Shown piece by piece: positions 32,609 through 37,720 of a stretch of 37,720 nt of DNA (position 1 is the stretch's first letter; each line of letters starts with the position of its first letter). The position numbers and the translations under genes were made by a program. The stretch comes from a virus. Taxonomy: Duplodnaviria > Caudoviricetes. The notes under the pieces were generated by a model that had not been told where the DNA came from, did not search any database, and worked only from the letters and a program-made list of their open reading frames with translations. The stretch lies in the IMG/VR virus record IMGVR_UViG_3300047282_000546, positions 1-37,720 of that record; one strand, written 5' to 3'.

Positions 32609-32660
32609 GGGTGGCAGGTAGCCAGGGCTCACGCACCACTGGCCTCACCGCAGCCTGCCG
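32609..32660 (+). ncRNA. Covarying structured element, copy B
   Basis: Intergenic between dcd and the sigma gene; shares its fold with 23997-24048. Confidence 0.7.
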
Positions 32661-32727
32661 CTACGGACGCTTCGAGCCTTGTTAGAGGTCGAGCCAAAAG
32701 TTTAGCAACTTCTCCCTATTGCCGCTG

Positions 32728-33642
32728 ATGGCGCACCTTGCCAGTTCCGTTGACTGGATCCTCAAGCAATCCCACCGCTATCCGTTACTCACAGCAGATG
32801 AAGAGATCACCTTGGCCCGTCAGGTGCAGGACTGGCTGGCCCTCGGTGAGATCAAACGCCCGACCGTCAAACAGCGGGCGATCATCCGCAAAGGGCAACG
32901 TGCCCGCGAGCGCTTCTACCTCTCCAACATCCGCCTAGCGGTCAACTGCGCCGGGAAATACGCGGGCTGCTCCGGCACCTTGACCCTGGAAGACCTGATC
33001 CAAGAGGGTCTGCTTGGCTTGGATTCCGCCATCAACAAGTTCGATCCGACCCTCGGCTACAAGTTCTCCACCTACAGCTACTGGTGGATTCGCCAAGGGA
33101 TCATCCGCTCAATCAACAAATACAGCCGGTTGATCCACCTGCCGACAGCGGCGAATGATTCGATCCGCAAGGCGATGGATTACATGCGGGACTACAGCCG
33201 GATTCACGGCAAGCCACCGCCGGTGGCGGAGGTCGCTGAGGTGTGCGAGATCGGCACCAGAACCCTGCTGGCCTATCTCAATCACAACGCCAGCTTGATC
33301 AGCCTGGATTCACTGATGCCCAACAGCAGTGAACCCAGCACTTGGATGGATGTGGTGGCTGATCAAAGCGATAACGGCCCGCAAGTGAACGACAGCGAGG
33401 TGTTGGCCGATGTGGTCTTGCGCGAAGTGAACAAGCTGCCCGAGCAGCTGCAGCGCATCGTCAAGCAGCGCTACCTCAACGGGGAAAAGCGACCGACCAC
33501 CTACAAGGTCTTGGGGCAAGAGATCGGCACCTCCCGCGAGACCGTGCGCCATCTCCATGATGAAGCGCTGAATAGCCTGCGCCTCAAGCTGGGCGATCTA
33601 AGAGGGCAAGATTACATTCAAGCTCTGCAATCCGCCGCGTAG
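32728..33642 (+). CDS. RpoD/SigA-family (cyanobacterial group 2-like) sigma factor
   Basis: YPLLTADEEITLARQVQ, SNIRL, DLIQEG..GL..A..KFDPTLGYKFSTYSYWWIRQGI, region 4 SRETVR. Confidence 0.92.
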   Translation: MAHLASSVDWILKQSHRYPLLTADEEITLARQVQDWLALGEIKRPTVKQRAIIRKGQRARERFYLSNIRLAVNCAGKYAGCSGTLTLEDLIQEGLLGLDSAINKFDPTLGYKFSTYSYWWIRQGIIRSINKYSRLIHLPTAANDSIRKAMDYMRDYSRIHGKPPPVAEVAEVCEIGTRTLLAYLNHNASLISLDSLMPNSSEPSTWMDVVADQSDNGPQVNDSEVLADVVLREVNKLPEQLQRIVKQRYLNGEKRPTTYKVLGQEIGTSRETVRHLHDEALNSLRLKLGDLRGQDYIQALQSAA

Positions 33643-33805
33643 CGCCTCGGATGATCAGGTCTTGGTGCATCGAGAGCTGACAAAGCTTGAGCAGCATCTG
33701 CTGCGCCTGCGCTAAGTCGTAGCTCTCCACCGCCCTTCGCTGCCGCTCCAGAGTGAGCAGGTGCTCTGGCCCCGGTTGGGGCACCATCCACTCACCCCAG
33801 GCCAT
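33584..33805 (-). CDS. nblA: NblA-like phycobilisome degradation protein
   Basis: Gapless fit to the NblA two-helix pattern as recalled: E..L.L......V......QA...L.KL. Confidence 0.6.
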   Translation of the reverse strand: MAWGEWMVPQPGPEHLLTLERQRRAVESYDLAQAQQMLLKLCQLSMHQDLIIRGATRRIAELECNLALLDRPA

Positions 33806-33807
33806 AA

Positions 33808-33838
33808 GGGCAACCTAGGAAGTCAAGGTAAGGTGCCC
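33808..33838. promoter_or_regulatory. Pair of opposed late-promoter motifs
   Basis: + strand GGGCAACCT (33808-33816) for ORF 33840; - strand GGGCACCTT (33830-33838) for the nblA-like gene. Confidence 0.6.
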
Positions 33839-33839
33839 A

Positions 33840-34001
33840 ATGGATGAGCCCACCGTCGAACTGGTGGAGACATCCAAGGGCCCTAGGTGGCGAGTGTGCG
33901 GTCTGGGCTACTGCACCGAGCACCAACAGCGCTGGCAAGCCGAGGTGCTGTTTGAGTGCCTGAAGGTGGCCAAGGGCTGCCCGGAGCAGCGCAAGCTTTA
34001 G
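33840..34001 (+). CDS. Small hypothetical protein (53 aa), absent from the ORF track
   Basis: MDEPTVELVETSKGPRWRVCGLGYCTEHQQRWQAEVLFECLK...; late motif 23 nt upstream. Confidence 0.65.
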   Translation: MDEPTVELVETSKGPRWRVCGLGYCTEHQQRWQAEVLFECLKVAKGCPEQRKL

Positions 34002-34180
34002 GCCGCTGTCGGCGGCTGTGGCTCATCCAATTCACGGCTCAACCAGAGCCGTGTGCCGGCCTCGTCGTAACTGATGTAGGTGATGCCGTTGGCCATCGCC
34101 ATCCAGACCTTCACGCCGGTGTTGGGGCGCTGCACGATCCAGAGACCGGGCTGAATGCGGCGGCTGATGCTTTCTGCCAT
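33998..34180 (-). CDS. Small hypothetical protein
   Basis: 60 aa, starts 3 nt after the endolysin stop. Confidence 0.55.
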   Translation of the reverse strand: MAESISRRIQPGLWIVQRPNTGVKVWMAMANGITYISYDEAGTRLWLSRELDEPQPPTAA

Positions 34181-34183
34181 GGC

Positions 34184-35251
34184 TCAGTAATCCCAGCGGC
34201 GGCGTTGGCCGTCTGCGCGTCGGCCGAGATGCACAAAGCCCTTGGGGGCGCCGTAGCCCACGGAATAGGGCCAGTGCTTGTCGCAGTAGGCCTGCACCTG
34301 CTCAATCGGCACCCCTTCGATGTAGAAATCGACGGCGCCTTCCTTCGGGCAGCTGTAGAGGTGCTCGGAGTTCTTGGCACCACCGACGGCATCGTTGACG
34401 GGCTTGGGGCGGTAGCCGCTGGTGATGATCACCGGCAGCCCTTTGAACTCCCGCCGCACCTTCTCCATGAAGTTGGCCAGCGTGGTGGCCGTCTCAATCT
34501 GATGCTGCTGTTGGAAGCGGCGATCCGCTTGATCCAGCGCAAACTCGCCGATGCGGATGTTGGGGGTGATCTTGGTGCTGAACGGTGACTGGGGCGTGAG
34601 GCGTGGGCTGCTCTGCTGCGGCGGCACCTGCAGCTGCTGCTCACCGCAGAACAGCGCCACCTCAGCCTGACGACGGCGCACCAGCCCTGCCAGCACCGCC
34701 TCACCGGCATGCACCCACTTGGGCAGCTCTTCCTTGACCACCTTGCACGGTTCTTCACCGGCCAAGAGCCGCTTGCGCAGCGTGCTCTCCTCCAAGGCCC
34801 CGAGGCCGAGGTTGTAGGCAAAGCTCACCAACGCGCCGACCTGTTCGGGTTTCCACTGCTTGGCCAGCGGCAGCAGGTGCAGCACCCCCGGACCGAAGAG
34901 GTTCTCCACCTCGTTCTGCAGCAGTTCATCGGCCAGGTCTTGGCTGATCTTGTCGCCGCTGCGCACCGGGGCATCCATGTAGCGCGTGGTGCCCCAGCCG
35001 ATGGTCCACACTCCCGCCGGGCATTGGTAGGCCTGCAGCTGGCAGCCTTCAAACTCGCGGATCAACTTGAGCGCTGGCGCCACCCAGGCCTGGGGCAGCA
35101 GCTCCTTGGGTTTGGGATCTGCGCGATATAGCTCCGCAAACTCCTCCAGCACCTGCGGCGGCACATGGCTCTGCAGCCAATCCCAGGCCGCCAGCTGATG
35201 GGGCAGCTGCTTGAAATGCTTCGCCGCTTGACGCAACTGGATGGCGCTCAT
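34184..35251 (-). CDS. Endolysin: GH24 lysozyme plus peptidase M15 domain
   Basis: FEG..L.AY.CPAGVWTIGWGTT, GLVRRRQAE; then ITSGYR...VGGAKNSEH...AVD...FVH. Confidence 0.92.
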   Translation of the reverse strand: MSAIQLRQAAKHFKQLPHQLAAWDWLQSHVPPQVLEEFAELYRADPKPKELLPQAWVAPALKLIREFEGCQLQAYQCPAGVWTIGWGTTRYMDAPVRSGDKISQDLADELLQNEVENLFGPGVLHLLPLAKQWKPEQVGALVSFAYNLGLGALEESTLRKRLLAGEEPCKVVKEELPKWVHAGEAVLAGLVRRRQAEVALFCGEQQLQVPPQQSSPRLTPQSPFSTKITPNIRIGEFALDQADRRFQQQHQIETATTLANFMEKVRREFKGLPVIITSGYRPKPVNDAVGGAKNSEHLYSCPKEGAVDFYIEGVPIEQVQAYCDKHWPYSVGYGAPKGFVHLGRRADGQRRRWDY

Positions 35252-35481
35252 CCTTCAGGCTCCTGGCGTTTGCGGGTTTGAGCTGGGCTGTCGATGAAGT
35301 AAGCGAGCAAGGTGCCAGCGGTGCTGCCCGCGACGGTGAAGGCTTGCGTCCACTGTTGACCGCAGGCCATGGGCTTTCGGGCCTCGCAGTTCACCACGTT
35401 GCCGGTGGCCATCAGCAGGCTGTAGCCATAGCAAACAGCCAAGAACTTCAGCACCCAAGCAGACACTGAGGCTTGGTTCAT
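35248..35481 (-). CDS. Two-helix membrane protein (holin candidate)
   Basis: Two hydrophobic segments and a charged tail; ATGA-coupled to the endolysin. Confidence 0.55.
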   Translation of the reverse strand: MNQASVSAWVLKFLAVCYGYSLLMATGNVVNCEARKPMACGQQWTQAFTVAGSTAGTLLAYFIDSPAQTRKRQEPEG

Positions 35482-35711
35482 TTGCTGATCTCTAACCGCC
35501 TGACGCGGCTCTCCAGATCCGCCAGCCGCTCCTTGCTGTCGGTCTTGAGTTCCGTGATGTCGCTCTGCAATGTCTCCAGCGCTTGGTCGATCTTGGTCAC
35601 CTGCAGGAACAGGCCACCAAGGCCCAAGACGGCGGCCACCAGAAGAGCCGGAACGGTTTGAGCGACCCATTGCGGTGCGATCACCTCAACGTCGTGGTGC
35701 TGCTCACTCAC
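35478..35711 (-). CDS. Membrane-anchored coiled-coil protein (lysis cassette)
   Basis: TM segment ALLVAAVLGLGGLFL then heptads ending RVRRLE; GTG start 35711. Confidence 0.65.
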   Translation of the reverse strand: MSEQHHDVEVIAPQWVAQTVPALLVAAVLGLGGLFLQVTKIDQALETLQSDITELKTDSKERLADLESRVRRLEISK

Positions 35712-35715
35712 GGCT

Positions 35716-35880
35716 TCAGCGGCGACGCTTCTGCTTTTGCTTGCCGCTGGCAGCCACGATCTCCAACACGTTGAGACCAAGTTGCACCCAGCCGTTGGCT
35801 TTGACACTGGGCACCAGACTGAGTAGCTCACTGCCCGCTAAGGCAACAGTGGCTACTTCAGCCACGGTTTTGTAGTCCAT
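35716..35880 (-). CDS. Small holin-like protein (54 aa), absent from the ORF track
   Basis: MDYKTVAEVATVALAGSELLSLVPSVKANGWVQLGLNVLEIVAASGKQKQKRRR. Confidence 0.7.
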   Translation of the reverse strand: MDYKTVAEVATVALAGSELLSLVPSVKANGWVQLGLNVLEIVAASGKQKQKRRR

Positions 35881-35899
35881 GCGGCAGTGGCGTTTCCCT

Positions 35900-35907
35900 A
35901 AGGTGCC
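35900..35907 (-). promoter_or_regulatory. Putative late promoter for the lysis cassette
   Basis: GGCACCTT variant right after the terminator, 19 nt before ATG 35880. Confidence 0.55.
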
Positions 35908-35912
35908 GCCAT

Positions 35913-35939
35913 AAAAAAGCCCCCGCTGCTGCGAGGGCT
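35913..35939 (-). terminator. Rho-independent terminator of the capsid operon
   Basis: AGCCCTCGC-AGCA-GCGGGGGCT-TTTTT. Confidence 0.85.
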
Positions 35940-35960
35940 GGCTGCTCTCCGACCCACCCC

Positions 35961-36152
35961 TTAAGCCGATTCTTCAGGGGCTTGTTCGGAACTTGCCTTC
36001 TTCTTGCCGCTGGTTTTGGCCACCACCGCCTTGCGCTCGTCAGCGCTCAGCGTCCAGCCATTCCCCAGGGCTTCCATCAGCTCCAGCCGGGTCGAGGCCA
36101 CATAGGTGGCCCCAGAGTCCGGGTGGGTGAGGGTGACCGGGTAGGCCGACAT
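35961..36152 (-). CDS. Small capsid-operon protein
   Basis: 63 aa; YPVTLTHP...NGW and Lys-rich tail; coupled to the upstream gene. Confidence 0.65.
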   Translation of the reverse strand: MSAYPVTLTHPDSGATYVASTRLELMEALGNGWTLSADERKAVVAKTSGKKKASSEQAPEESA

Positions 36153-36559
36153 CACTTGGCGATGTAGACCGTGGCGGTAGCAGCACCGGGGCTGCCGGTC
36201 TTGGTGATCACACCCTTGACCACAGCGGCACGGCCGCCGAGGCGTTGGGTCACTTCAGGACCAGAGAAGGGCACTTCAATGGTCTTGGCGGTGGCGGGCA
36301 GCACGATGGACTCAATGGTCACAAAGCTGCCACCAGCAGCGGTAGCGGCTTGCAGGCTCACGGTCCACTCGGCAGTGCCGGCGGTGTAAGAGCTGTAGCC
36401 ACCGGAGGCGATCACCACCTTGGCGGTGTTGAGGCTGGAGGCATCAAAGGTCACCTCAGAACCGGTGACGGTGGCGGTAGCGCCGCTGGCCACAGCCAGC
36501 TCAAGAGCGGAATCGCGCAGATAGCTGCGGCGGTCGCTCATTCCAGTTGCGACGGGCAT
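36152..36559 (-). CDS. Head decoration / cement protein
   Basis: 135 aa Ala/Thr-rich beta protein directly after the capsid gene. Confidence 0.65.
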   Translation of the reverse strand: MPVATGMSDRRSYLRDSALELAVASGATATVTGSEVTFDASSLNTAKVVIASGGYSSYTAGTAEWTVSLQAATAAGGSFVTIESIVLPATAKTIEVPFSGPEVTQRLGGRAAVVKGVITKTGSPGAATATVYIAK

Positions 36560-36590
36560 GGTGGAAATCCTCTAAGAGGGTGAACAGGAA

Positions 36591-37520
36591 TCAGGCGGCC
36601 ACAGCGGCATTGGTGATGCCGGCCAGGCGAGCAATCGCACGGGGGTGGAACACCGCCATGCCGAGGTAGGCCTCAACGCGGATGCGGCGCACGGGCTTGG
36701 TAGGGATTTCGCCCAGATCGCGCACACCGATGCCACCGTTGGTGATCAGGGTGGCGCCATTGACACCAGCGGCCACGCAGTACACAGAGCTGCAGAGGCT
36801 GCTGCTGCCTTGGGTCTCGTTGAAGGCGAGGATCTCAGCGCCAGCCTCGTCGTGGTCGATGTCGATGATCGGCACGCCGTTGTAGCTGTACTGCTGACGG
36901 CCCAGGGCGTCTTGGCCGTACTGCAGGTTGCCCACCGCAGAAGCCACGCGAGCAGCAGCCGACAGACGGCGGCGCAGGGCGCGGTTCATGATCAGCACCG
37001 GGTTGCCCACGGTTTCATCCACAGCGTCGATCAGCTCATCAAGAGCAGCGAGGCTGAGGCCGCCGCCGTTGGCAGCGTTGGTGATCAGCTGGGAAGAACC
37101 CGAAGGGATGCGAGCCTGCAGGCCGTCAAACTCGTTGACGTTGCTGGTGGAATCACCCTTGATCAGGGTCTTCTCCAGCTTGAGGCGGGCAGCCTTGACC
37201 TTCATCGCCACTTGAGCGGTGCGGATCTCGGGGCCTTGCATGGCCTCAAGAGCCAGGTCAATGTCCACATCACCGCCGAAGATCTTGAGGGCTTCGGACT
37301 GGGGGTTGATGATGCCGGTGGACTCGCTGTAGGCCTCATTGACACCACGGAAGCCGATCCCAGGCAGGGTCTGCTCTTGGTTGTAATGAATGCCGGTGCC
37401 AGTCACCGACAGCTGGGGCATGGCTGCGTAGAGCTTGCCTTCGCGGAAGATTTCAACGATCCCCTGCTTGAGGGAATCCTGCCGGCCGAGTTTGCCGGCC
37501 TCAACAGTTGTGAGTGCCAC
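36591..37520 (-). CDS. Major capsid protein (HK97 fold)
   Basis: 309 aa; LPGIGFRGVNE, GGDVDID, EFDGL, LDELID, YNGVPI, ARLAGI motifs. Confidence 0.92.
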   Translation of the reverse strand: MALTTVEAGKLGRQDSLKQGIVEIFREGKLYAAMPQLSVTGTGIHYNQEQTLPGIGFRGVNEAYSESTGIINPQSEALKIFGGDVDIDLALEAMQGPEIRTAQVAMKVKAARLKLEKTLIKGDSTSNVNEFDGLQARIPSGSSQLITNAANGGGLSLAALDELIDAVDETVGNPVLIMNRALRRRLSAAARVASAVGNLQYGQDALGRQQYSYNGVPIIDIDHDEAGAEILAFNETQGSSSLCSSVYCVAAGVNGATLITNGGIGVRDLGEIPTKPVRRIRVEAYLGMAVFHPRAIARLAGITNAAVAA

Positions 37521-37549
37521 GGTCTTGTGTGGTTAGGGGTTGGCAGCTG

Positions 37550-37622
37550 CTGCAGGCATCGCGCCTAGGAGCAGGTGTTGGCATCGCGCCAACGCATCGG
37601 CACCACATCGCGTAGAAGCCGT
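37550..37622 (-). promoter_or_regulatory. Capsid mRNA leader with three GCGAU-loop hairpins
   Basis: CGCGATG cores at 37557-37563, 37582-37588 and 37606-37612, each closing a different stem. Confidence 0.7.
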
Positions 37623-37720
37623 GTCCTGAGTTGCCAACTGCTCAACCTTGACCGCGAGAGAGTTTGCGGCTGGTGGCGCTTTTCCTTTTGCTATTGACGC
37701 CTTGGCCTTGGCGGGTGCGC
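37594..37720 (+). repeat. Terminal direct repeat, copy 2
   Basis: Identical to 1-127. Confidence 0.95.

Larger units (their letters stand above)
1..37720. mobile_element. Complete temperate tailed phage genome (siphovirus-like, probable cyanophage), circular assembly of 37,593 bp
   Basis: Terminase, portal, MuF, capsid, tail tube, tape measure, endolysin and serine integrase are all present; ends overlap exactly; no host housekeeping genes; no sheath gene recognised. Confidence 0.95.

Noticed and set aside
32609-32660. HDV-like/theta, hammerhead or twister ribozyme, or tRNA fragment
   Set aside because: Could not build the nested double pseudoknot or find CUGANGA/GAAA cores by eye; the covarying register gives an 8-nt loop and there are no D or T arms
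36645-37568. 307-aa plus-strand ORF
   Set aside because: Antisense shadow of the capsid gene
37550-37622. Mini-CRISPR array
   Set aside because: Only a 7-11 nt core repeats, the intervals are stem arms, and no cas genes are present
37594-37720. 127-bp terminal repeat as a biological DTR
   Set aside because: Length equals a common assembler k-mer and it cuts through a gene; best read as circular overlap

Overview
The window is an apparently complete, circularly assembled temperate siphovirus genome of about 37.6 kb; the first 127 nt recur exactly at 37594-37720. The host is probably a picocyanobacterium (Synechococcus/Cyanobium type). This is inferred from two cyanobacterial-type sigma factors, an NblA-like gene, dcd and a lysozyme-M15 endolysin. 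Morphogenesis and lysis genes lie on the minus strand (about 49-21609 and 33998-37520) in a scrambled order. Early genes diverge around a large serine integrase (27928-29349). Non-obvious signals read from the sequence: (1) a C5 DNA methyltransferase cleanly split by a 160-nt insert that ends in a 52-nt structured element, with a second covarying copy upstream of the RpoD-like sigma gene; (2) a GGCA(A/C)(C/G)YT late-promoter motif before about 14 genes, matching a sigma4-less SigF-like factor encoded between terminase and portal; (3) paired GCTAGC boxes filling the -35/-10 spacers of early promoters; (4) an NblA-like gene; (5) a MuF-metallopeptidase plus small partner gene; (6) a -1 frameshift tail chaperone displaced from its usual locus; (7) three GCGAU-loop hairpins in the capsid leader. 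All product calls come from motif recognition by eye; no database search or folding program was run.
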